A stretch of 39,244 nucleotides of DNA, from contig LT642184.1 in the NCBI GenBank assembly GCA_900128585.1, forward strand, positions 1 to 39,244, written 5' to 3'. This document shows, piece after piece, positions 20,061 to 29,662 of this stretch. The translations under genes and the position numbers were made by a program. Source of the stretch: Stramenopiles sp. TOSAG23-3 (lineage: Eukaryota). The notes under the pieces were generated by a model. That model was given only the letters and a program-made list of their open reading frames with translations, did not search any database and was not told where the DNA came from. Each line of letters starts with the position of its first letter. The stretch's first letter is position 1.

Positions 20061-20225
20061 AAGAAGACCGCTAGTAGCCAAGGGTCGTCGCCTGGACCGA
20101 AATGCACCAGGTTTTCGGACTACACTTCATGCACGAGGAGAAAAGGTTGCAAATGGAACGCCCTTAAGGCCAAGTGCCATTCAAACATGAAAGCAAGTTG
20201 GCAAAAGAATTTAAAGACAGCATAG
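20061..20225 (+). other. Orphan in-frame coding segment: third 4-Cys module of the upstream gene (alternative or displaced 3' end)
   Basis: Translates KKTASSQGSSPGPKCTRFSDYTSCTRRKGCKWNALKAKCHSNMKASWQKNLKTA*, in the same frame as 19224-20027. It is not in the ORF track. Confidence 0.7.
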
Positions 20226-20794
20226 AGATCATAATGCAGCATGTGAAGTCTCTTACGTTTTTAATGGGAAAACGGGAAGTAAATTTTAAATGAAACCACA
20301 TAAATAACCGCCAGTATTTTGTTTTTAAATGAAACCACATCTTAGTATATATGTGTGGGGATTCTGGTAATATATAACCGATTGGCCCTTGAACAAGTTT
20401 AACAGCTACGTATGATAGCAAAGGATAAATAAATGGAAGTAGCAGTTGAGTAGTAGTATTATTATATATTACGTAATATTAGTGACATTAAACTCGAAAA
20501 TTAGGAGGCCCTGCCCTGCCCTCCTCCCGTCTCCCGTCTCCTCATTCACATTTATTATTCTACTTTCTTCTCTAAAATATTTTATTATAATATATATTAT
20601 ATAATAAATGGTGATGACTAATATTTTGTAAATGAGATCATATTGATCACGCCTTTGCATTAGATGTGGCAGTAAACACCCAGCAAAACCATATCAGTTT
20701 ATTTTACAATCAAAACAATCACAAGTATCCACAATGTTTATCTAGCTTATTTCGTGGTGGACGGTTGATTTGTGACCGGCCTGTATTGGATTCA

Positions 20795-22042
20795 ATGCCG
20801 CGTGGGCAATTTTCAAAATGTTTGCGCACCCCTGCTGGAGTCCGGAACTTCGCTCGGTCTTGCGCCAAGTTGTGGAGCCCTAGCTTTCTTGTCGATAACA
20901 TGGCAGAGCGGGTGCAGGTGAAACAGAGCGACGCCTCCAAGGCGTTTATGTACAACGAAGGCAACATAGCCCACCTTTTGCCGGATGATATGGGGCTTCG
21001 AGGCGAAACGTCTTTGGTGGACGTTTCTCCAACGGAAATGGTGAAGTTGATGGAAGGACAGGACGTCTCGAGTGGCCCGTGGCACTATTACACCTCCCCT
21101 TTGCAAGATATGGGTGGCGATGATAGCAAAAGACAAACGATATTAGACGCGGCAAAAGGTTGGAAAGATCTAATAGTAGATCCAAACTTAAGCAAAATGT
21201 ACGGTGAGCAAGAATTTATTAGTGCCTGGGTTGGCGGGCCTGGCACAACGACAAAGGCGCATTACGACGTGCTGGACAACATGTTTTGCCAAGTGTATGG
21301 CCGCAAGACGTTTCGATTGTGGGGTCCGGATCATGTGTCACTTTTAAAGGTGTTTCCAGATTTGCACCCGCGCGCGCGCAAATCGCAGTTCAAAGAGTTA
21401 TTTCAGGGCAACGATACCGACGATGACATGGCGTTTCTGGATGTTGAGTTGGGACCTGGCGATAGTCTGTACATACCAGCCTTTGTCTTCCATCAGGTCG
21501 AAGTCGTGGAGGGTGTATCCATTTCCCTGAATGTTTTTTCACCTTGCAATGCTCAATTGTGCGGCTCTAAAATGTTGTCAATTTTTCCTAACTTAAAAAA
21601 TGTCAGTGTCCCAGAGGCGGAGGCAATGGATGAAGCCTCCGCGAATTTTGCGAAAGCAGTGAGCCACGTTTTACCATGTTTCGGTTTACCAGAAAACTCT
21701 GAAGACGCAAGACTTTTTGTCCTTGACCACCTTTTGAACGCACGGTACCGGCCTTTGTACGGCACCAGGGCAGGTACCGGGGCAACAAATCCTTCTAATG
21801 CTTCAAAAACTCTCCGTTTGCTGCAAGTCGATCATTTCGTACGCTCGGAACTGTCAAGAGCGTGGGAAGACATGGGCCGCTGCTTCAAAGCCGACGAATC
21901 CCCATACGCGGATATTGAGAACAGCGTTGAGGGGATCCGCACCATCATTTTGGCGCACCTTCTGGAAAGCTGGTGTCTTACTCTCGTCGGAGACCCTAAA
22001 AAAGTTCACGAATGCTTGGAGCGTTCTCTGGCTGATTTTTGA
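20795..22042 (+). CDS. JmjC / cupin-like 2-oxoglutarate Fe(II) oxygenase (start uncertain)
   Basis: AWVGGPGTTTKAHYDVLDNMFCQVYGRKTFRLW (HxD) and LGPGDSLYIPAFVFHQV (distal His). The ORF is open from 20666; first ATG is 20795. Confidence 0.85.
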   Translation: MPRGQFSKCLRTPAGVRNFARSCAKLWSPSFLVDNMAERVQVKQSDASKAFMYNEGNIAHLLPDDMGLRGETSLVDVSPTEMVKLMEGQDVSSGPWHYYTSPLQDMGGDDSKRQTILDAAKGWKDLIVDPNLSKMYGEQEFISAWVGGPGTTTKAHYDVLDNMFCQVYGRKTFRLWGPDHVSLLKVFPDLHPRARKSQFKELFQGNDTDDDMAFLDVELGPGDSLYIPAFVFHQVEVVEGVSISLNVFSPCNAQLCGSKMLSIFPNLKNVSVPEAEAMDEASANFAKAVSHVLPCFGLPENSEDARLFVLDHLLNARYRPLYGTRAGTGATNPSNASKTLRLLQVDHFVRSELSRAWEDMGRCFKADESPYADIENSVEGIRTIILAHLLESWCLTLVGDPKKVHECLERSLADF

Positions 22043-22340
22043 GGAAATGTTGGCTGACACGGCGCTGTGGCCGCACTTCGTTGCTCGTATAGTACGTAAA
22101 CTTTAGCTTTAATTACTTAAATAACAGCCAATTTTCTTGTTTTTTAATCAATTAGATATCAGCCAATAATTTTTTGTTTCTACTCAACAAATAATTCATA
22201 ATTGTGAAATTACGCGTAGTATCCTAGTACAACATGACAGGTAATTTAAACTTTTTTTGTAAATATATAAACGAAAACGTTTGTATTTTACTTGTTATAG
22301 CAATTATTAAATTATGTACACGCGAGTGAACAAATAAGTC

Positions 22341-25300
22341 TCAAAAATGGGCACAGTCCCCTTTGATATTGCATTGGTGGGCACCATCTTCGTTCACAAT
22401 AATCGGAGGTATATACGGCGGGTCTTCCCGGAGAGACGTAAACTCCCATTCCAGGATGTCATGCACTTGCCACATATTTTCTCCAGTCGCCGCTGTAAAC
22501 CCAACATACGACCGCCCACTTTGGAGATCTAAAGTTGATGCCAAATTCATCGGCACCGTCAAGATAGGAGCCTTAAGGTCATCAACGTAGACGGCCAAAG
22601 ATCCCATACCTGTGGACCAATCTCCTTGCCCACCACTTTTCCAGTCGGCATTCTCTAGAAATTCGACGACATGGGGCGCATCTGGAATAAATGCATTGTC
22701 TGCCGAGAACAGCAGATCCTCGTCAAACGTCGGCGTGTACCGCACACGGGCAAAATGTTCGCCATCGGAAAGGTCTGGGACCGCCGTCGTCGATCCAAAC
22801 TCGTAGGTATGGTTTCCACTGTTTCTAAACCGAAAACCACGACTATGTACGCTAACATGGTTTTCAAAGGGGTCGTAAAATTCATAGTTGTAGTACGTGT
22901 CAAATTCAACGGCAATCGAATTCATGATGCCACCGTACCCCATTTCCATGCCGGCCTTTCCCAAGGCAAGTGGGTCAAAATTTTGAATGACAAAAGCAAA
23001 GCCGTCGGCGCCCCGGGAACGGCAGTTTGTGTAAACATCGTCCATGGTAGTGCACGCCATGCTCGGGTTGCTAATCCTAAACTTGAAGGTGGTATCAAAC
23101 CCTTCACGGACGTTCATGACACGTGGGTACCACGCGCCCCCGGACTTACGGGCAAAAGAGGGAGTCAGCCGCAACGCCCCCCCGCACCTTGCTGTGGCGT
23201 TGTGGGAGCTAAGTTCGTCTACTGTTCCAATGACGATTCCCTCCCCCAAGGAATTGGTCGTTACATTTCTGTTTCTAAAATTGGCAACGTAAAATTCGGG
23301 GATCTTGGCCGTCCCAATGGAACTACAAACCAGCGTGCAGCCGATTGTGTTACGGGTGCCTTTCTCGTAATCGATAACGCTCGACTGGAACCCGTCGCAA
23401 CACGCGAACGATGAGTTGCAGTTTTCTAAGTTGGCATCCCCGACTAGGTTGATCCCATAGTGACCCTCCCCGTGATTGTTGCCGGTTGGACCAAGCATTG
23501 TCCGGTTGTCAACCGCCCCCCCCGTTTTCGGCATCAGGGTAGAATTCGCATCGAATTCGGTAAACCGGAAATCTACATCGCGGGTCCACACTACGTCGCT
23601 CCAGGGGGAGTATACCCCGAACAGAGCCCCCTTCACCGGGGGGCGGCGACCGTACAAGTCGAGCTGCTGCCATTGGCGCCCCGTGCGGGTACCTGTGTTC
23701 TCCCCGGACGTACGGCAGTGTTTGTCTGCGTACTCAGCCTGGCACGGCGTAACGTCCTGGTCCTCCGTAAGTCCGGAGACAGATACCCGGTATGTGCTAT
23801 CGCTGGACAGTCCAATGAGCGTGGTCTTCGTAACGTTCCCCACGGTAACTACGTGGACATCACCCAAGACCCCCGTCGTCGGGTGGGTAAGCCTTTCTAC
23901 TTTAATACTATACCCGGTGACCGTTATGGCGTCCCAGTAGTCAACCGGGGGGAGCCAACTGACGTCGAAGCTTTTCGCGGCCACGTTGGACAGTTGAGGC
24001 TTCGGGCACTCTGGCGGGGGGCGAGCGAACGAGAAATATTTTTGAGTGTCCGAGAGGCCCGGTAATTTTCCGTTGGTGACGATAACTTCCACGTCGTGGC
24101 CTTGTCCCGGTGGAGAGATGCACGTGATCTGCCTTTCTGGGATTGTCATCTTGGCATGCGTGCAGGGGCGCCCACCTATGGTCACCGTGGGCGTTTCTTG
24201 GCTCCAAGCGGGGTCGAACACACCAAAGTTCCGACCCGTTATCGTGATCAGTTCTCCGCCACTCTGCAAACAGTTGTACGTTTTTCCGTACCAAAGTGGG
24301 CTGTGCTGCACGTCAACGGTCTGAATGTAGCTCAGGGACGGTTTGCCCGCGTGGGAATGCACAACGTGAGTCGCCACGGTTGTGTTGTGGGCCCCATACA
24401 CCACTGCCGGATTGGTCGTAGAATTATGGTACCGTTTGTTGATGCACCCCTCGACGGTCATAATAGTCGGCGCTTTCACCACTTTCACAAAGTCAATCGC
24501 GAAGGTTTCCCCCACGTTGGGGACTTCGCGGTAGCTGAACACGACGAGCGTGCCTGACGGCGGGTTGCTCGGGTCTGCGGGGGGGATGTCCTGGCACCGC
24601 GAGTAAAGAATGCACTGTCCGTTGTTGTGTAACGCAGCAACGCACTGGCTGACCTTTTGGCAGAGCTGGTGGCACTCCGACAACGTCGGAATGGCAGTGT
24701 TCGAAATCAGCACTGCGTTCTGGTCTGCCCTGTCGGTGTCAGAGGAATGGCACCGATACCCGGGCTTTTCTGCCCCGTGCTTGCTGTCCGGCAAGACCGG
24801 GTGAAGCCGGAATTGCGATATAATCCCTTTGTATTTTTGCCACAGCGGCACGTAGTAGTTGTGCCACGCACCATCGTTGAATACTTCGTAATCAACGAAA
24901 AAACTGGTCTGGTCCGGGTGCAGGTTTTCCCCCGGGTTTTCACTCAAATAGCTCACTGGCGTGGACCAGGCACGGTGTTCCACCACATCCATCTGGCCAT
25001 CGTATGGGAAGCGGTCTCCCCCAAGCCTCGAGTACAGCCGCCCAGACTTGCAAGCGCCCCGGTACGTCATCCGGAAGACCGCATAATGGCGCGCCAAGAC
25101 TCGGTCGGGGAGGTCATCGGCAAGGATAACAAAAGTTGGCGAGTCCAAATGCGGATATGGGCCACGGACCCGCCCACGAATTTCACCGCCCCTAGCATGC
25201 AACTCTACGTGCAACTCTTCAGACGTTGAGTTTCCCCACCCGTTTGTGTCGTCCTCAAACTCCCAGCTAACCTCTTCCGAATGTATAGTTTCAAACTGGT

Positions 25301-25400
25301 GGGTTCCACCGACAAAACCGGAAAGGAATACCGCCAGGACGGTCCCAGCAAGTACGAAATGGCCCAACACGCCTGGCCGCGGGAACGTTCGCAGACCCAT
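22341..25400 (-). CDS. Secreted multidomain protein: PAN/apple-like, IPT/TIG, fibronectin type III and legume-type (L) lectin domains
   Basis: Signal peptide (FVLAGTVLAVFLSGFVGG), PAN-like ECHQLC..C..C, IPT GGELITITGRNFG..VTIGGRPC..ITCISPPGQG, FN3 VSWLPP..GYSI..GLSSDSTYRVSV, and L-lectin LRLTP..GFDTTFKF..GADGFAFVIQ..AVEFDT..YVGFTAATG..HDILEW. Confidence 0.88.
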   Translation of the reverse strand: MGLRTFPRPGVLGHFVLAGTVLAVFLSGFVGGTHQFETIHSEEVSWEFEDDTNGWGNSTSEELHVELHARGGEIRGRVRGPYPHLDSPTFVILADDLPDRVLARHYAVFRMTYRGACKSGRLYSRLGGDRFPYDGQMDVVEHRAWSTPVSYLSENPGENLHPDQTSFFVDYEVFNDGAWHNYYVPLWQKYKGIISQFRLHPVLPDSKHGAEKPGYRCHSSDTDRADQNAVLISNTAIPTLSECHQLCQKVSQCVAALHNNGQCILYSRCQDIPPADPSNPPSGTLVVFSYREVPNVGETFAIDFVKVVKAPTIMTVEGCINKRYHNSTTNPAVVYGAHNTTVATHVVHSHAGKPSLSYIQTVDVQHSPLWYGKTYNCLQSGGELITITGRNFGVFDPAWSQETPTVTIGGRPCTHAKMTIPERQITCISPPGQGHDVEVIVTNGKLPGLSDTQKYFSFARPPPECPKPQLSNVAAKSFDVSWLPPVDYWDAITVTGYSIKVERLTHPTTGVLGDVHVVTVGNVTKTTLIGLSSDSTYRVSVSGLTEDQDVTPCQAEYADKHCRTSGENTGTRTGRQWQQLDLYGRRPPVKGALFGVYSPWSDVVWTRDVDFRFTEFDANSTLMPKTGGAVDNRTMLGPTGNNHGEGHYGINLVGDANLENCNSSFACCDGFQSSVIDYEKGTRNTIGCTLVCSSIGTAKIPEFYVANFRNRNVTTNSLGEGIVIGTVDELSSHNATARCGGALRLTPSFARKSGGAWYPRVMNVREGFDTTFKFRISNPSMACTTMDDVYTNCRSRGADGFAFVIQNFDPLALGKAGMEMGYGGIMNSIAVEFDTYYNYEFYDPFENHVSVHSRGFRFRNSGNHTYEFGSTTAVPDLSDGEHFARVRYTPTFDEDLLFSADNAFIPDAPHVVEFLENADWKSGGQGDWSTGMGSLAVYVDDLKAPILTVPMNLASTLDLQSGRSYVGFTAATGENMWQVHDILEWEFTSLREDPPYIPPIIVNEDGAHQCNIKGDCAHF

Positions 25401-26722
25401 TCTATTGCACACAGAGACAGACCGGCGCGTCAAACACGAACTCTTTGCTTGCCTTTCCTAACTACAGAAGCGATCGAATCGATATCTATATTGTCTACAT
25501 ACGTACGTAGAAAAGTAAAGACTCTCTATTTTACATGAATAATCTCATTTTGATATTTTGGAATTGTAATAAAAAGTTGTCTAATAATAAATAATTCTTC
25601 TTCTTCTTTTAGATTTACATTATTATTATTACACGTATACTGGTATTATACTCTATATTATTTATATATTATTATTTTATTATTCAAAAAAATCTGTCTG
25701 CGTGGGAGAGGTGTGGGGTGTGGGGGGGGGGGGTTGGTCCCATCCACCACGGCGGCCTTCATATTTTATAGTTGTGTACTTATTACTACAGGTATGATAT
25801 TCTAATAACCCTATTTATTTATATATTAATACACTGTTAATACGAATACTCCTCTTATTGGACTTATATCTATCCAATCAGAAGCATTGAGACAGATGGA
25901 GATAAATATATACGTCGTAGAATACGAGGAGACTACTAATAGTCTAGCTATTATACTAGGCTTTAAAATGAAAAATAAATATTTAAGCCTCGAAATGAGG
26001 TATAATACGTATACCACCCATCAAGTAAACTATTAAGTACAAATAAATGTATAGTCTTTAGTATATAAAATCGGAGGGTACGACGGGCGGGGGTGGGGAT
26101 CTCATCTTCATCATTCCCTCCTTCCTCATTCCTTCCTTTTCCTTCCTTTTCCTTCCTTTTCCTTCCTTTTCCTTCCTTCCTTCCTCCTGCGAAAAAAAGA
26201 TAAAAAAATAATTAAAAAAAACTTTGAATTAAATATTTTTATTACTATTATGACTATGTATACGTAATTCCAATAATAATATTATTAATACCTCTTTGGT
26301 ACATAGAGATAATGTTATGAAAAAAGAAGAAGAAGAAGAGGACGGACTGGAGAGAAGAGATACTGTACTGTAGGAGGAGAGGAGATAATAATAAAATAAT
26401 AATAATAATAATTATTATTATTAAAAAAATAATAATTGAATGATAGATATGATTTATAAATATAGGAATGAATGTGATGATCTATTAATTCAATCAATAC
26501 AAATTGGATTGATAAGAAGTGTGCATGAGGAAAAACAGCGTTTGAAATTTATAGATACAGAAAGGAAGAATTTTTGCCTCCCCCATAGCGTAAGTAAGTG
26601 TAAACAAGAAAGTTCGTATTGTGTTTTAACCGTGACGAAGAGCGTTTGTAGAAGCACCCTACCGTCCTTGTCCCTCTGTGTACGCCGATTTAGAAGCTGG
26701 TCCATTTACCTAGTCTCCAGGC

Positions 26723-29026
26723 ATGAACAACATACCCCAAACGCCGGCGACAGTGCTGGACGCCATGATGGCTGACTTTCTCGCGGAGCGGGGATACGAA
26801 GACATAGCGAAAAAGATAGACCCTCGGAACGGCTCGGCCGGCCAAGGAAGTGGTGAAAACGGCCACGCGGAGGAGTCTCGAAGCGACAGGAAGATATTTC
26901 AAACGATTCCAAAGTCGACGAAGGACGCTGGGATAGAGGACATCCTCCAGAGTTACTCCGAGCTGAGTGAATGGGTCCGCTCCTCTTTAGACTTGTACAA
27001 AAACGAGTTGTTCGGCGTGTTGTTCCCAGTGTTTTCGCACTTTTTTGTGACGCTTGCAAAAATGGGTCGGTTCAAGGAAGCGCACCAGCTTCTCGGCAAG
27101 TATGGGGACTCGTTTATGGCCACGAAAGCCGACGCGGTGTACAACTTAAAGATGATTAACTCCGCAGAACAAGTGGAGAGCCACTGCTCAGTTTCGGCGA
27201 AAAAGACCGTGCTTGCGATGAGCCAGTTCGCGTTTAATCTTCTTATATCGTTCCTGCAAGACAACAACCTCTTCCTCATCCTCACTGCGATCAACCAGAA
27301 CATTTCCGTGCGCATCACGTCCGCGGGCATGGGCGTCGGGAGCACGTCGTTGTCACCGACTCGGCAGCGGCAGGAATTTTATGCGGGGAACGACAAGGGC
27401 TGCAACAAGAAAACGGTTACGTGGGGAGTTATGAAAAAGAGGCTACGCCCAGACTCCGACGAACAGCTGGCTGAGCTCGAGCGCCTGGAAGAGAAGGCCC
27501 GCGAGGCACGACCGGCGCCGGGGACGAAGCCGAAGGTGTTGGCCAAGGAGCAGAGAAAGCAGAACAAGGAACTGAACGCGAAAATCGCGAATCATAAGAA
27601 AGAAATGGAGCAGCACAACAATAGTTCGGTGTGGATCGGTGAGAACAGCCCCCGGTTCGCCCCGGATTACTACAACAAGTACCCCGGGAAGGTGGACTGG
27701 AAAAGTGACCTCGTCAGTAAATTATTGATGCGTGCGACCCCGCTGCAGCAGAAAGCGGAAGAAACCGACTTGAAACGCATGGTCTGCCTGGGGTACACCG
27801 TTGACCATGACCCGAAACGAGCCAACAGGAAGACGGGCGAAAGCAAAACCTTCGTGGAGACCCCTGCGCTGCCGTCGATCGCGTGCTTTACCATGATGAA
27901 CACCGGCGGTATGTTGTCGTCCATGGATATTTCCGCGGACGGCGTCGTTGTTGCCGGTGGGTTCAGCGACAACATCGTTCGGCTTTGGCGACTAGATAAC
28001 GCGGATAACGAGGGCAAGGAGTATGGAGCTGGGCACGAACAGCGGCCGAGGGCACAGTCCAAGGTTGCAAAGGGGGAAGTGCAAGAATCGTACTCCCGTT
28101 TAATTGGTCACACTATGAGCGTGACGGCATGCTCGATATCGCCAGACAACCAGTGGCTGCTGACCTCGTCCCAGGATAGTACTGTGAGAAGGTGGCACAT
28201 TGGGACCGGCGCGATGACATCGAAGTTTACCCTGGCCACTGAGAGTCAGTGCCCCGTGTGGGACGTTTCGTTCGGTCCATACGGTTATTTTTTTGTCACC
28301 GGGTCGCGGGACAAGATGGCCTACTTGTGGAGCCTTGAACGAACGAGTCCCATACGGCATTTTTGGGGCCACAGGAGCGACGTGGGAAAGGTACGCTTCC
28401 ACCCGAATTCCATTTTCGTCGGGACTGGGAGCGTGGATGGCACTGTTCGTTTGTGGGACGTACGCGATGGGAATGTGGCCCGCGTTTTCGGCAAACACAA
28501 CGGGCCCATTCACTCCCTTGCGTTTTCGCCGAATGGGCAATTTATAGCTAGTTCAGGAGAACACAACCAGGTGGTCATATGGGATTTAAGGAAAGGGGCC
28601 CGATTCGGGTCGGTTGAGTGGAAGTCTACTGATGTAAACGCGATATGGTCACTCGATTATAGCTCAGATGGGACTGTCCTGGCCGGTGCAGGAAGTGACG
28701 GCAAAGTTCGCCTTTGGGATGCTGCCCTCATGCAAGGGCAAACCGAAAGGCGAGTAGAGGAATACCGGCCGCTTTTAAAGACGTTCCAAACGAAAAAGAC
28801 CCCGCTTCTGCGTTGTCGGTTTTCTCCCCGATATGGAGAAAAAGGCCATTATGGACAGGAAAGGCACAAATGTCCGTCTGAGCGTTTGCGTTCTAGGAGT
28901 GGGGCAGAATATGCCGACATGTGGTTTACAAAGGAGAATTCTTTCCTGACCCAAGAAAGCCATAGATTGTTCTGTGGGATGGACACGAATGAAGTTCAAG
29001 CGCGTGCGGGAGTATGCATTAGTTAA
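26723..29026 (+). CDS. TAF5: Transcription initiation factor TFIID subunit 5 (LisH, NTD2, WD40)
   Basis: LisH-like ADFLAERGY, NTD2 YSELSEWVRSSLDLYKNEL..LFPVFSH, LPSIACFT, WD40 repeats (GHRSDVGKVRFHPNS..TGSVDGTVRLWD) and terminal TKKTP..F. The last ~64 aa look non-homologous. Confidence 0.92.
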   Translation: MNNIPQTPATVLDAMMADFLAERGYEDIAKKIDPRNGSAGQGSGENGHAEESRSDRKIFQTIPKSTKDAGIEDILQSYSELSEWVRSSLDLYKNELFGVLFPVFSHFFVTLAKMGRFKEAHQLLGKYGDSFMATKADAVYNLKMINSAEQVESHCSVSAKKTVLAMSQFAFNLLISFLQDNNLFLILTAINQNISVRITSAGMGVGSTSLSPTRQRQEFYAGNDKGCNKKTVTWGVMKKRLRPDSDEQLAELERLEEKAREARPAPGTKPKVLAKEQRKQNKELNAKIANHKKEMEQHNNSSVWIGENSPRFAPDYYNKYPGKVDWKSDLVSKLLMRATPLQQKAEETDLKRMVCLGYTVDHDPKRANRKTGESKTFVETPALPSIACFTMMNTGGMLSSMDISADGVVVAGGFSDNIVRLWRLDNADNEGKEYGAGHEQRPRAQSKVAKGEVQESYSRLIGHTMSVTACSISPDNQWLLTSSQDSTVRRWHIGTGAMTSKFTLATESQCPVWDVSFGPYGYFFVTGSRDKMAYLWSLERTSPIRHFWGHRSDVGKVRFHPNSIFVGTGSVDGTVRLWDVRDGNVARVFGKHNGPIHSLAFSPNGQFIASSGEHNQVVIWDLRKGARFGSVEWKSTDVNAIWSLDYSSDGTVLAGAGSDGKVRLWDAALMQGQTERRVEEYRPLLKTFQTKKTPLLRCRFSPRYGEKGHYGQERHKCPSERLRSRSGAEYADMWFTKENSFLTQESHRLFCGMDTNEVQARAGVCIS

Positions 29027-29662
29027 TATCTCTTACATATATGAGTGTAAAACAGTTTTAATATGATAGCGGTATAGATTAGTGCTATATAATTTGTTTT
29101 TTAGATTAGCGCTATATCATTAGTTTTTTTAGATTAGTGTTATTTTCCTATTGTTAGTCTCTATTATATGTTGTCGGCAAAAAAGAAGAAGAAATAATAA
29201 GAGGGAAAAAAAGTAGAATTATAATAATAAAAATAGAAGAAAGAAGAAGCGGCTGCTGTTGGTTGGACTTTTTTTTCTTCGAATAAATTCCAACTACTTT
29301 TGCTAGACTAATAGCTGTGGTGGGCTGTTGTGTCTCTATTAAAATTATATATATCGTATTTTTTGACAACACAAACAAACAAGAACAGAAGAAATCTTTT
29401 TTTAATTAAATCAAATAATTTTTTACATCACGATAGTGTGGTTGCATTTTGTTATTGTCAATAATATAGTTGTTTTGTTGTTCTTTCTTCGAATTCTTTT
29501 CTGTTCTTGTTGATTGTTTAGTTATATTTTGAATCTTCGTTCTCATGTCGATTATTTTCCCCTTTCTTTTGAAAGCGACGAATATTGCCTACCATTAAAC
29601 AACAAATCGCGAAAAAAAAAAGTGTATTACATAGGTGCCATTTCAAAAGAACTTTTACAACG

